Part shown: in pieces, positions 9,407 through 24,611 of the stretch
How positions within the stretch are numbered: the first letter of the stretch is position 1
Layout: each line of letters opens with the position of its first letter
NCBI GenBank assembly: GCA_041577335.1
Contig: JBFGJH010000027.1
Location: forward strand, 1-38,477
Reading direction: 5' to 3'
Origin: Acidimicrobiia bacterium
Lineage (GTDB): Bacteria; Actinomycetota; Acidimicrobiia; Spongiisociales; JAENVV01
Length of the DNA stretch: 38,477 nucleotides
Notes under the pieces: model-generated
Told to the model about the DNA's origin: nothing
The model's database searches: none
Seen by the model: only the letters and a program-made list of their open reading frames with translations
Translations under genes and position numbers: made by a program

Positions 9407-10479
9407 CTCTCGGTATCGGTGGGTCGCCGAGCCATCGCCACGAGCGCCATCGCTGGCTGTAAAGGAAGTTTGGCCACCTGCGCGAGCAATGACGCCGGTC
9501 GCCCCAGTATCCGGGCGCTCGGGCGCCCGATGAACCCCCGTCTGTAGAAGTAGAACCATTGGCCCGCGGCCAACAGCATCATCATGCCCAGTAGGAAGAA
9601 GTAGCCGTTGCGCCATTGCAGCTCGGGCATATTGGCGAAATTCATGCCGTATAGCCCAACGATGAGTGTCAGGGGAAGAAGCAGCGCCGAGTACACGGTG
9701 AGGACTCGCATGACGTCGTTGGTCTTCTCGGCAACGGTTGATCGGTAGGTATCCAGAGATGCCGCTATCAGCACTCGGGCGGTGTCGACGCCTTCAACCA
9801 GCCGATTCACGTGGTCATAGGCCGAATCGAAGCGGCGTCGAGAGGCAACGCCAAGCAGCGTCGAGTCGCTGGTGGAGAGGTCCCGCAGGACGTCGCGTAG
9901 AGGGCTGACCGCACGTCGAAGCAGTGTCGTGTCCCGGCGCAACGATTGGATGTCGCTCAACACGGAAGCGTCGCCCGAGAGCGCCCGCTCCTCCACGGAG
10001 AACATTGCCTCGTCCAACGCATCGATGACTCGCAAAAGTCTCCTCGACTGCACGTCCGCGATGAGCGCCAGCAGCCCGTCCGGGCCCGTGTTGGAGGCCA
10101 CCGCCCCATCCGTGACCTGTTCGAACATCCAGTCGACCGTGGCACTTCCCGTGTGGACCGTCACCAGATAGTCGCTCCCGAGAAAAGCATCGACCTCACC
10201 CGTTGCGAGCCGGTCTTCGTCGCTGCGGAGGCCGTGCAGGACTACGAACAGGTAGGCGCCGTAGTCGTCGAACATCGGGATATGCGAGTCGGCCATGGCA
10301 TCCTCGAGGGCAAGTGGGTCGAACTCGAACGCCGCGGTGATCGTGGCCAGCTCGGCCACCGACTCGTCTGACACGTCGAGCCATAGCCATTCTCCGGGCG
10401 CCAGCGTGCCGATCGGCCATGCCGTATCGGTACCGACTCCATCGGGACGAAAGGTGGTTGCCCTGATCACGGCGATCAT
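9403..10479 (-). CDS. corA: CorA-family Mg/Co transporter
   Basis: WLWLDV, NDVMRVLT, LYGMNF signature, MPEL, two C-terminal TM helices; start approximate. Confidence 0.92.
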   Translation of the reverse strand: MIAVIRATTFRPDGVGTDTAWPIGTLAPGEWLWLDVSDESVAELATITAAFEFDPLALEDAMADSHIPMFDDYGAYLFVVLHGLRSDEDRLATGEVDAFLGSDYLVTVHTGSATVDWMFEQVTDGAVASNTGPDGLLALIADVQSRRLLRVIDALDEAMFSVEERALSGDASVLSDIQSLRRDTTLLRRAVSPLRDVLRDLSTSDSTLLGVASRRRFDSAYDHVNRLVEGVDTARVLIAASLDTYRSTVAEKTNDVMRVLTVYSALLLPLTLIVGLYGMNFANMPELQWRNGYFFLLGMMMLLAAGQWFYFYRRGFIGRPSARILGRPASLLAQVAKLPLQPAMALVAMARRPTDTES

Positions 10480-10533
10480 GATCGCACCTGCGGCCCCGCT
10501 CAATGCGGCATTCATCGGCTGACCGGAGCTTGC

Positions 10534-12972
<2,439 letters not shown>

Positions 12973-12975
12973 CTG

Positions 12976-13713
12976 GTGGCGCGGATTCAACAGTCGGTCG
13001 GCGAAGGTATCACCAGGCTCGGCACCCCCTTGCACAACTTCTATGTCGTTGAGGAAGGCGGCAAGTTCACCGTCGTCGATGCGGGGTGTTCGCGGGAATT
13101 CTCGGCCCTGCAGTCGGCTCTGGCTGACCTGGGAGGCTCGATCGACGACGTCGAGGGTGTGCTCATCACCCATGGCCACGCCGACCACTTCGGTTTCGCC
13201 AAAGAGGCGCAGGATGCCGGCATGAAGCTCCGGATCCACGAGGACGACGTGGACCGGGCGACAGGGAGCTTCACGGGCCACGCGATCTCACCGACCGACC
13301 TTCCATGGTGGAAGCCCGGCACGATCAAGTTCCTTTTCACGCTCGTATCCGTGGGGGTCATGAAGATGCCTCACGTTGGCTCCATCGAGACTGTCACCGA
13401 TGGTGAGACCCTCGACCTGCCCGGCCGACCGACTGTGATTCACACGCCGGGGCACACTGCCGGGCACGCAGCGTTCCATTTGGCCGACCGCGGGTCGCTG
13501 TTTACTGGAGACGCGCTCGTCTTCATGAATGTGCTTGGTGGCGATCCGGGCCCCCAGATCATGCAGGACGTATTCCACACCGACCCGAGCCAGGCAAATG
13601 CATCGCTCGACCGGATCGCAGGATTGGGCGAGCTTCAAGTGCTGGCCGGGCATGGCGACCCGTGGTCGGGCGACATCGCTGAAGCGGTTTCGGTGGCCCG
13701 AAGAGACGGGTGA
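12976..13713 (+). CDS. MBL-fold metallo-hydrolase
   Basis: THGHADH, TPGHT, FTGDA, GHG. Confidence 0.88.
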   Translation: MARIQQSVGEGITRLGTPLHNFYVVEEGGKFTVVDAGCSREFSALQSALADLGGSIDDVEGVLITHGHADHFGFAKEAQDAGMKLRIHEDDVDRATGSFTGHAISPTDLPWWKPGTIKFLFTLVSVGVMKMPHVGSIETVTDGETLDLPGRPTVIHTPGHTAGHAAFHLADRGSLFTGDALVFMNVLGGDPGPQIMQDVFHTDPSQANASLDRIAGLGELQVLAGHGDPWSGDIAEAVSVARRDG

Positions 13714-13717
13714 GCCT

Positions 13718-14116
13718 TCAGGCGTTCAAATCCTTGTCGAGCTTCAGTGCGGCGCCGTTGATGCAATAACGCAGCCCGGTGGGATCCGGTCCGTCTGGAA
13801 ACACATGACCGAGGTGGCCGCCGCAGCTTGCGCACAGTACCTCGGTTCGGAGCATGCCATGCGATGTGTCCTGCTTCTCGGCGACGTTGTCGCCGAGACT
13901 GTCATAGAAGCTCGGCCAGCCCGATCCCGACTCGAATTTGGTCTCTGATTCGAAGAGTTCGGTGCCACAGCCGGCACACATGTAGGTGCCCTCCCGCTTT
14001 TCATCGAGGTAGCGGCCGGTGAAGGGTCGCTCAGTGGCGCCTCGCCGCAATACGTTGAATTCCTGTGGCTCGAGTTTGTTGAGCCATTCCTCGTCGGTGG
14101 TCGGCACATCAGACAT
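13718..14116 (-). CDS. msrB: Peptide-methionine (R)-S-oxide reductase
   Basis: [32 protein letters not shown]. Confidence 0.96.
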   Translation of the reverse strand: MSDVPTTDEEWLNKLEPQEFNVLRRGATERPFTGRYLDEKREGTYMCAGCGTELFESETKFESGSGWPSFYDSLGDNVAEKQDTSHGMLRTEVLCASCGGHLGHVFPDGPDPTGLRYCINGAALKLDKDLNA

Positions 14117-14285
14117 CAGGCCTATTCCTTTCTGGGCGGTCTGGGAAGTTTTGCACATCCGAACGCCTACCGGTCGGCGCCCGCCGAAGATCGCACAGAA
14201 GTCCGAGCGAGTAGGGCCTAAAGAGTGGCGGCTGATGTGACGATGTGATGGGTAGCCTCGTCCTTCGCCGAGCCCGAGAAGAGCT

Positions 14286-15098
14286 ATGAGTCCGTGGCAA
14301 GAACTCGATGATGGCGTCTTCCGTCGCCGCTACGAATTCCTGGACCTCAATGTCGGTTTGATATTGGGCGAAGGTGGTGCTGCCCTCATTGACACCCGGG
14401 CCAGTCACCGTGAGGCGCAGGAATTGATCGACGAGATCAAGCTGATCACCGACCTGCCTGTTCGCTGGGTCGTGAACACGCACTGGCATTGGGACCACAC
14501 GTTTGGCAACCACATGTTCCCCGACGCCTCGCTGTACGGGCATGTCGAATCCAAACGCATGCTGGAACAGCATGGAGACCGGGTGCGCAAGCATCTGGCG
14601 ACTCGTATGGACGCTGATCGACGCCAGGAGGTCGAAGAGGTCATCATTCGGCCACCAGAGATTGCTTTTGCCAATGCCATCCAGATCGATGTGGGTGGTC
14701 GTTTGCTGACCGGGACGTACCAAGGGCGTGGCCACACGCGTTCCGACGTGATGGTGGCGATCTCCGACTCGGACGTGGCGTTTGCCGGCGACCTCCTGGA
14801 AGAGTCAGGCCCACCGTCGATGTCCGAGAGCTATCCGTTGGAGTGGCCGATGACCCTCGATTTCTTCGAGCCGATCACCCGAGGCATTGTTGTTCCTGGA
14901 CATGGCGACATCATGAAGGCTGAGACGGTCGAGACCCAGCGCGAAGAGCTTCGGGCCGTCGCCGCCTTGGCCAAGGAGTCACACGCCGCCGGGATGAAGC
15001 AGGATCAGATCGATTTCTCGGGCGCTCCATACCCTGAGCAGACGATGCGAGAGGCCATGCGCCAGGCTTACAAGGAGATCGCCAGGGGTCAGGCCTAG
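14286..15098 (+). CDS. MBL-fold metallo-hydrolase
   Basis: [25 protein letters not shown]. Confidence 0.88.
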   Translation: MSPWQELDDGVFRRRYEFLDLNVGLILGEGGAALIDTRASHREAQELIDEIKLITDLPVRWVVNTHWHWDHTFGNHMFPDASLYGHVESKRMLEQHGDRVRKHLATRMDADRRQEVEEVIIRPPEIAFANAIQIDVGGRLLTGTYQGRGHTRSDVMVAISDSDVAFAGDLLEESGPPSMSESYPLEWPMTLDFFEPITRGIVVPGHGDIMKAETVETQREELRAVAALAKESHAAGMKQDQIDFSGAPYPEQTMREAMRQAYKEIARGQA

Positions 15099-15171
15099 CC
15101 GAGTTCGGCGCGCCGATGCGCGGTACCTCTGCTGGTACGCTGCCGACTCGCGTTGGCACCAGGAGCAAGTC

Positions 15172-16443
15172 TTGATCGATGACCGTCCACTCGAAGACGT
15201 CGACCCACAGATGGCCGAGCTGATCCGCCGAGATCTGGCTCGCCAGAACACCCACCTCCATCTCATCGCCTCGGAGAACTTCGCTTCCCGAGCCGTGATG
15301 GAGGCAACCGGCTCGATCTATACCAACAAGTACGCCGAGGGCTACCCCAACCGGCGTTACTACGAGGGATGTGAGCTCGTCGATGAGATGGAGCTGCTCG
15401 CCAACGAGCGGGTTCGGGGGCTGTTCGCCGCCGAGCACGTCAACGTGCAGCCGCACTCGGGTGCGCAGGCCAACATGGCCGTCTACTTCGCGCTCCTCAA
15501 ACCGGGCGATACGGTGATGGGGATGAGCCTCGACCAGGGTGGTCACCTCACCCACGGTTCCCACGTCAACTTCTCGGGGATTCTCTACAACTTCGTCTCC
15601 TACGAGCTCGACCGAGAGTCAGAGCTCATCGATATGGACGAGGTGCGCCGAGTTGCTCTCGAGTCGAAGCCCAAGATCCTGCTGGCCGGTTACTCGGCCT
15701 ATTCGCGTCACCTCGATTACGAGGCATTTCGGTCGATCGCCGACGAGGTTGGAGCGATCTTCATGGTCGACGCAGCTCATTTCATCGGTCTCATCGCCGG
15801 TCAGGCCTATCCCAACCCGGTGCCCATCGCCGACATCGTCACCGGCACCACCCACAAAGCGTTCCGTGGGGCTCGCGGTGGGCTGACCATGGCCAAGGAA
15901 CGGTTCGGGAAGGACATCGACAAGGGCCTGTTCCCCAACGTGCAAGGCGGCTCGCTCTACAACCACATCGCCGGCAAAGCCGTGGCGTTTCACGAAGCCG
16001 CCCAGCCAGCGTACCGAGAGTATGCAGCGCAGGTGGTTCGCAACGCGCATGCGATGGCCGAACGTTTCGCGGCGAACGGAGTCCGAGTGGTCTCGGGCGG
16101 TACCGACAATCACTTGATGATGATCGACATGCGATCGATCGACGAGGAGCTGACTGGCAAAGAAGGCGCCATCCTGCTCGAGGAGTTGGGTATCACTACC
16201 AATCGCAACTCAATTCCCTTTGACCCGCGCCCGCCGTTCGTCACGTCGGGTATTCGTATGGGCACTCCGGCGATTACCACGCAAGGATTGGGCGAGCCGG
16301 AGTGCGAAGAGGTGGCCGACCTCATCACGCTGGCGTTGAAGGAGCGCGCCGACGAGTCGGCCAGAAGCAAGGTGGCGAGCCGGGTGGCCGAGCTGGCCAA
16401 CCAGTTCAGCCCCTACCCCCACGAGTTCTCTGGACACGTCTAG
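15172..16443 (+). CDS. glyA: Serine hydroxymethyltransferase
   Basis: LIASEN, NKYAEGYP, GGHLTHG, TTHK PLP lysine, GGTDNHL, SGIRMGT. Confidence 0.96.
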   Translation: MIDDRPLEDVDPQMAELIRRDLARQNTHLHLIASENFASRAVMEATGSIYTNKYAEGYPNRRYYEGCELVDEMELLANERVRGLFAAEHVNVQPHSGAQANMAVYFALLKPGDTVMGMSLDQGGHLTHGSHVNFSGILYNFVSYELDRESELIDMDEVRRVALESKPKILLAGYSAYSRHLDYEAFRSIADEVGAIFMVDAAHFIGLIAGQAYPNPVPIADIVTGTTHKAFRGARGGLTMAKERFGKDIDKGLFPNVQGGSLYNHIAGKAVAFHEAAQPAYREYAAQVVRNAHAMAERFAANGVRVVSGGTDNHLMMIDMRSIDEELTGKEGAILLEELGITTNRNSIPFDPRPPFVTSGIRMGTPAITTQGLGEPECEEVADLITLALKERADESARSKVASRVAELANQFSPYPHEFSGHV

Positions 16444-16455
16444 GGGCGCCGCACA

Positions 16456-16911
16456 TTGCCCAAGCAGCGGCAACCGATTGTCTCCGACGATTTCGAGGTC
16501 CCGCAAGGGCTGGACACGGACGATTTCGTGTTGCGGCCCCTTGGGCCCGAGCACAACGAGTCCGACTACGCGGCGTGGTCGTCCAGCATCGATCACATCA
16601 GAGCCACGCCCGGATTCATCGACGGCGACTGGCCGCATCCCATGTCACCCGAAAAGAACCTGGCCGACCTGGAAATGCACAGGCGGCACTTCGATGAGCG
16701 GGTGGGGTTCACGTATACGGTCCTCGACGCTGGTGACCGCGATCGGGTGATCGGTTGCGTGTACATCTACGGTCACCCTCAGGGCGGAGCGGAGGTCCAG
16801 TCGTGGGTGACTGAGTCTGAGGCTCGCCTCGACAAGCCGCTGTGGCGGGCCGTGAGCCAGTGGCTCGAGACGGATTGGCCCTTTGACTCCGTCAGCTACG
16901 AAGCCCGGTAG
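16456..16911 (+). CDS. GNAT-like N-acetyltransferase
   Basis: LRPLGPEHNESDYAA, FTYTVLD, IGCVYIY, WLETDWPF. Confidence 0.7.
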   Translation: MPKQRQPIVSDDFEVPQGLDTDDFVLRPLGPEHNESDYAAWSSSIDHIRATPGFIDGDWPHPMSPEKNLADLEMHRRHFDERVGFTYTVLDAGDRDRVIGCVYIYGHPQGGAEVQSWVTESEARLDKPLWRAVSQWLETDWPFDSVSYEAR

Positions 16912-17001
16912 CGCGTCAGCCGGTGCAGAGCGCGATATGCGACTGGAAGCCATTGCGCTCGAGTTTCCGCTCGGTCTTGTGGTTCCGCGAACGGGTCCTC
17001 A

Positions 17002-17039
17002 GCCCCCTCCGCCACGATCCATCGCCGATGGAGGGAGTT
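17002..17039 (-). repeat. Possible degenerate relative of the palindromic end-of-operon element
   Basis: Minus strand reads AACTCCCTCCATC-GGC-GATGGA-TCGTGGC-GGAGGGGGC immediately after the stop at 17043. Confidence 0.25.
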
Positions 17040-17042
17040 GGA

Positions 17043-18234
17043 CTAGCGGGTCACTCCCGTGAAGAGTGCCACGACGGTGTCGGTGGGGTCCATCGCCCGC
17101 CTGGTGTCGTCGTCGAGAACTCCTGACAGGCCGGCCGTTCCGGTGGGCTCGACGTCGATGGTCGTGGTGGCGTGGGCGGCTTCGTGCACCTTCACCACCT
17201 GCTCTTCGGACACCACGACCGGCCAGCCGCCTGACTTCAGCATGGCTTTCACGACAGGCTGCCAGTCGTAGGTGACGTCGTCGAGGATGCCCGATGCCGC
17301 CGACATGCCAACTTCTTCCCAGGCCCACATGTAGTCGTCGGGCCTCGCAACCAGATTCTCGATCAGGTCCGACTCGGCGCCGGGGCTGGAGACGATGCGA
17401 TCGGCACGCTCCGGCCAGGAAGCGGCACTCACGGGCCGCGTCAGGAGTTCCCAGGCGCGTGGGAGGGGAGCGCAGGCTTCCGTCTGGACGGCATGCAGCA
17501 CTGGCGTGATGGCCGCGCCGTTCTCGCCGAGGCCCTGCACGAGGCCCTTCCAAGTTGCTGCCGCCAGAGCGCCGCCACCGATCTGAATGAAGACCCGCAG
17601 CGTTCCGGTCACGTCGTGCTCGGCGAGCTGGTCAGCCAGCTCCCATCCCATCGTGCGGCCACCGTCGATGGTTGTGGGGGTCACGGTCCCTTGCACCGAG
17701 AACGGGGTGGCGCCACCCTCGACGGCTTCCAGAAACCGAAGATAGGTGGGGTCACCGACCTCACCTTCTCGCCGCTCTTCCACCGAGATGTGGGCCCCGA
17801 GTGCGTCGAGCTTGTCGACGACCGGCTGCTCTGCCCATGTGGGAATGAACACTCGCAATGGCTGATCCATTGCCCGGGCGGTGACGGCTGCTGCCATGGC
17901 CGCGTTGCCACACGAGGCGATCGCCAACTCGCCAGACGGGCCGCCGGCGATTGCCTGATGCAGCGCCACGCCAAACAGGTGTCGTGACTTGTGCGAGCCG
18001 CTCACGTTCTCGGTGTCGTTCTTCACGAGGAGCCGGCTGTCGAGACCGATCGCTCGGGCGAGGTTGGCCTCATCGGTGACGGGAGTGGTTACGAACCCGT
18101 GTCCGTCGACCGTGGCAACGGCCGCATCGAGCTCCTCGACGAGGGCGACAAACCGCTCATCCGACCAGCCGGCATCGAGCGCGACCCGATAGCTGTCCAG
18201 CCTGGTGCGGTAGTGGACGAACGGGTTTGCGGAT

Positions 18235-18242
<8 letters not shown>
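17043..18242 (-). CDS. Fold-type II PLP-dependent lyase, threonine-synthase-like
   Basis: [14 protein letters not shown] (PLP Lys), ASCGNAA, IGGGAL, EPTGTAG, VALFTG; TTG start overlaps the upstream stop. Confidence 0.8.
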
Positions 18243-19722
<1,480 letters not shown>

Positions 19723-19737
19723 TGCTTCCTCCTGCCG

Positions 19738-20084
19738 CTAGCTGCGGATTGCGTTGAGATAGTTGTAAATCGTGATGCGGCTGACTCCCATGGCGTCAGC
19801 GATGTCTTCGATGGCCTTTCGCAGAGCGAAGGCTCCCCGCTCGTCGAGGATGCGGATGGCGGCCTGCTTGTCCGTTCGCGACAGCTCCGACAGCGGCGAC
19901 CCTAGCTCCTCCTCGACCGACCGAACCTGCGCGGCAGTGGTCCCGGAGAAGTCGAGGCGGACAGCCACGACGGCCTCGCCTTCCCAATGAAGCACAACGT
20001 CTGAGTCTGATGCTTCATCGGGGCTGATCGCCTCGGCTCCAATTGCGTTGAGGAGTGGATCGAGGGCCTTCTGGAGTTCGTGCA

Positions 20085-20085
<1 letters not shown>
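19738..20085 (-). CDS. YheO-type HTH (HTH_22) regulator without PAS domain
   Basis: DKQAAIRILDERGAFALRKAIEDIADAMGVSRITIYNYL. Confidence 0.85.
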
Positions 20086-21336
<1,251 letters not shown>

Positions 21337-21417
21337 TCACCTTGCCCGTTCAGTTCCTCGCCAGCCTACGTCACGGCGCACAAAAGGGGCTTGCCGAATC
21401 GGCGCCAAGGTACAGAC

Positions 21418-21524
21418 TGTTGGTGGATCAACAACGGCAGAGGGTCCCGCCGCTGTGGGACTAACGCCACTATGACGAACGCAGAGGTACAACGCAGTCT
21501 GTCGACCAGGACAGCAATTGGAGG
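21418..21524 (+). promoter_or_regulatory. Candidate structured 5' leader with a tandem GCAGAGG...AACGC motif
   Basis: Motif at 21437-21467 and 21481-21495; hairpins TGTTGG/TCAACA, GGTCCC/GGGACT and CTGTC/GACAG before the GGAGG RBS. Confidence 0.35.
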
Positions 21525-21530
21525 CCCATC

Positions 21531-22484
21531 ATGCGGAGTTTTGCCGGTCGCGACATCCTTTCTCTCGACGGTTTCGAACGTGCCGAATTCGAGCACGTGT
21601 TTCGGGTAGCCGACCGTTTCGAGCCGGTGCCCCGTGAGCGAAGGAGCCTGGATCTCCTCAAGCAGAAGATCCTGGTCAGCGCCTTCTTTCAGCCGTCGAC
21701 GCGAACGCGGCTGGCCCACGAGTCGGCGATGCTTCGGCTCGGCGGCGGCGTGACCGGCTTCGCCGACCCCAAGATGACTCGAGCCGGCGACTTCTATCAG
21801 GAGTCGATGAAAGACACGGTCCACATGCTCGAGTATTACGGCGACGTCATCGTGATGCGCCACCCCCAGCAGGGGGCGCCCCACGAAGCTGCCCGGTGGT
21901 CTTCGATTCCTGTCATCAACGGTGGCGACGGCTGGGGCGAGCACCCCACCCAAGTCCTCACCGATCTGTACACGATCACCAGGGAGACGGGGAGCGTCGA
22001 CGGCAAGACGTTTGTGGCCGTCGGCGACTGGCGGATGCGGACGATGCACTCACTGGCGTACGCGCTGACCCAGTTCGATACGGAGCTCATCTATGTGACT
22101 CCGGACGAGTTGGCCCCGGACGAAGCGTTTGTCAAGGAAGTCCAGCGGCGCGGCTTGCGGATCGAGCGCGCCGAGCACGTTGCCGACGTGTTGGGCAAGG
22201 CCGATGTCGTGTACGTCGAGCCCGTTGTCCAGGCCGACTACACGGTCGGCCGCGACGAGCGAGGCGCCACCCTGCCGACCACCCCGGCCAACTACCGCAT
22301 CGACGCCGAGCTGATGGCGAGGAAGGCCAAGCCATCGTCGATCGTGCTCCATTCTCTGCCCAGGATGGACGAGCTGACGATTGATGTCGACGAGACCCGC
22401 CACGCCCGCTACTGGCAGGAGGCCTACTACGGCGTCGTGATGCGCATGGCCCTCATCGCCCTCGTCCTCGGGGCAGTGGAATGA
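21531..22484 (+). CDS. PyrB-like carbamoyltransferase with an altered amino-acid site
   Basis: STRTR, VMRHP, HPTQ, RTMHSL, HSLPR; lacks the KGE and TRxQxER aspartate-binding motifs. Confidence 0.85.
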   Translation: MRSFAGRDILSLDGFERAEFEHVFRVADRFEPVPRERRSLDLLKQKILVSAFFQPSTRTRLAHESAMLRLGGGVTGFADPKMTRAGDFYQESMKDTVHMLEYYGDVIVMRHPQQGAPHEAARWSSIPVINGGDGWGEHPTQVLTDLYTITRETGSVDGKTFVAVGDWRMRTMHSLAYALTQFDTELIYVTPDELAPDEAFVKEVQRRGLRIERAEHVADVLGKADVVYVEPVVQADYTVGRDERGATLPTTPANYRIDAELMARKAKPSSIVLHSLPRMDELTIDVDETRHARYWQEAYYGVVMRMALIALVLGAVE

Positions 22485-23455
22485 ACACCGGCCTCAAAGG
22501 GCGTGACATGATCACGACCCAGGACTGGACGCGTGAGGAGCTGGAAACGGTCTTGGAGGTGGCCAAGCGGCTGAAGCTCGACCGGGCGCTGGAAGTCGGA
22601 CATCCGCTGCTTCGAGACAAGGTCCTGGCGATGTTGTTCTTCTTCTCGTCGACACGCACCCGTGCCAGTTTCGAGGCAGGGATGGCTCAGCTGGGCGGAC
22701 ACGCTCAGTTCATCGAGTCCAAGTCGACGCAAATCGCCCACGGCGACACCGCCAAGGAGATCGGCACGATCTTGGGCCGGTACAACGACGGTATTGCCAT
22801 CCGCCAGGTCGATTGGGGGGCTGGCAATGACTACATCCGGGCGGTGGCCGAGGCATCGCGAGTTCCGGTGCTCAACATGCAATGCGACTGGTATCACCCA
22901 TTCCAGGCCCTGGCAGACGTCTTGACCATTCTCGAAAAGAAGGGCGACCCACGAGAAGTGACGCTCGACGTGAGCTACGCCTATGCAGCCAGCTATCAGA
23001 AGCCGCTCTCGGCGCCGCAGAGCTTGATCCTCCTGGCCACCCGATTCGGGATGAACGTCCGGCTCGCCCGCCCTCCGGAGTTCGCTCTCATGCCCGACGT
23101 GGTGTCGGCAGCCTCGGAAAACGCCCGCCAATATGGCGGCTCGTTCGAGGTGATGGACAGTTTCGACGACGGGGTCCGCGACGCGGACGTGGTCTACGCC
23201 AAAGCGTGGGGAGCGATGATGACCACGACCGACGATGAGGAGTCGGCGGCGATCGGAGCTCAGTACCAGGACTGGATCGTCGACGAACAACGGATGGCAC
23301 TGGCCAAGCCGGATGGGATCTACATGCACCCGCTGCCGGCCGACCGGAATCTGGAGGTCACCGACGCAGTCATCGACGGCCCGCACAGCGTCGTGTACGA
23401 CCAGGCTGAAAACCGGCTCCATGTCCAAAAGGCGGTCATGGCGCTGACGATGTAG
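22481..23455 (+). CDS. YgeW-like (knotted-type) catabolic carbamoyltransferase
   Basis: SSTRTR, QIAHGDT, HPFQ, YAYAASYQKPLSAPQ...TRFGM (cf. YgeW WAYSPSYGKPLSVPQ), YAKAWG, MHPLPADR; no OTCase SMG motif. Confidence 0.8.
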   Translation: MNTGLKGRDMITTQDWTREELETVLEVAKRLKLDRALEVGHPLLRDKVLAMLFFFSSTRTRASFEAGMAQLGGHAQFIESKSTQIAHGDTAKEIGTILGRYNDGIAIRQVDWGAGNDYIRAVAEASRVPVLNMQCDWYHPFQALADVLTILEKKGDPREVTLDVSYAYAASYQKPLSAPQSLILLATRFGMNVRLARPPEFALMPDVVSAASENARQYGGSFEVMDSFDDGVRDADVVYAKAWGAMMTTTDDEESAAIGAQYQDWIVDEQRMALAKPDGIYMHPLPADRNLEVTDAVIDGPHSVVYDQAENRLHVQKAVMALTM

Positions 23456-23525
23456 GTGTCCAGGGAACGAAGCAGAGCCTGGGGCTCTCGAGCCCCGGGC
23501 CTGCGTCGACCACAAAGGAGAACCA

Positions 23526-24467
23526 ATGCGACGCGCAGTAGTGGCGATCGGTGGCAACAGCCTCATAACCGACTCCGAGCACCAGAGCGTGGAGGACCAG
23601 TACCTGGCGGCAGCCGAGACCGATCACCACATTGCCGCCATGGTGGACGCCGGTTGGGACGTCGTGATCAGCCACGGCAATGGCCCGCAGGTGGGTTTCA
23701 TCTTGCGGCGTTCCGATCTCGCCCGCCATGAGCTTCACGAAGTCCCCCTCGACGTGTGCGTCGCCGACACCCAGGGCGCGATTGGATACCTCCTCCAGCA
23801 GAACCTCCTCAAAGACTTTCGGCGCCTCGGCATCGACCGGGGTGTGGCAACCATCGTCACCCAGGTCGAAGTTGCCGCCGACGACCCGGCGCTCATGAGC
23901 CCGTCGAAGCCAATCGGCTCGTTCCTCACGGAGGAAGAGGCCAGGGAGCGTGAGGCCAAGGAGGCATGGGATGTGGTCGAGGACGCCAATCGTGGTTGGC
24001 GGCGGGTCGTTGCTTCCCCTCGCCCGGTCCGGGTCGTAGAAGTAGACGTCATCCGCCATCTCCTCGACGGTGGATACATCGTCATTGCGGCCGGCGGCGG
24101 CGGTATACCGGTGGTGGCAGACGAGAAGGGCGATCTGACCGGCGTGGCGGCCGTCATCGACAAAGACCATGTTTCGGCGTTGCTGGGCAACCTCATCGAC
24201 GCCGAGCTGCTGCTCATCTCCACCTCGATCGATCGGGTGGCCCTCGACTTCGGAACCCCGCAGCAGCGATTCGTGAGCGAGATGACCCTGGCCGAGGCCA
24301 AGGGCTACCTGGCGGAAGGAACGCACTTCAAGCCCGGCTCCATGCAACCCAAGATCGCCGCCGTCATCGACTTCCTGGAAGCCGGCGGCAAAGAAGCCAT
24401 CATCACCACCCCCCAAAACATAGAAGCCGCCCTCAAAGGAGAAGCCGGAACGCGCATCAAGGCGTGA
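23526..24467 (+). CDS. arcC: Carbamate kinase
   Basis: AIGGNSL, HGNGPQVG, KPIG, GWRRVVASP, GGGGIPV, AVIDKD, GSMQPK. Confidence 0.95.
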   Translation: MRRAVVAIGGNSLITDSEHQSVEDQYLAAAETDHHIAAMVDAGWDVVISHGNGPQVGFILRRSDLARHELHEVPLDVCVADTQGAIGYLLQQNLLKDFRRLGIDRGVATIVTQVEVAADDPALMSPSKPIGSFLTEEEAREREAKEAWDVVEDANRGWRRVVASPRPVRVVEVDVIRHLLDGGYIVIAAGGGGIPVVADEKGDLTGVAAVIDKDHVSALLGNLIDAELLLISTSIDRVALDFGTPQQRFVSEMTLAEAKGYLAEGTHFKPGSMQPKIAAVIDFLEAGGKEAIITTPQNIEAALKGEAGTRIKA

Positions 24468-24480
24468 GCGGGAATGTCTC

Positions 24481-24544
24481 AATAGTCCCCCCGCCGAGCA
24501 GGCAGGGGGAAAGTACCGCCAGCCGAAGGCTGGGGGTAGGGGGG
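24481..24544 (+). repeat. Palindromic REP-like element, copy 1
   Basis: AATAGT-CCCCCC-GCC GAGCA GGC-AGGGGG-AAAGTACCGC-CAGCC GAA GGCTG-GGGGTAGGGGGG. Confidence 0.85.
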
Positions 24545-24611
24545 TGGGGTTTTCGAGAGCGGTGATCGGTGTCGATCAAGGCTGTGGCGGGTTCGATGGT
24601 TGAACGCGCTG

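Noticed and set aside
15840..15990. GlyA motif deviations (THKAFRGARGG, QGGSLYNH)
   Set aside because: All main catalytic and PLP-binding residues are present; likely lineage-level drift
21412..21530. Known purine, xanthine (NMT1), guanidine/ykkC, ZTP riboswitch or PyrR site
   Set aside because: Their core consensus sequences were not found by eye; kept only as an unknown candidate
21531..23455. Biosynthetic pyrB/argF annotation
   Set aside because: Substrate-specific motifs (TRxQxER, SMG, HCLP) are missing and the context is catabolic (carbamate kinase)
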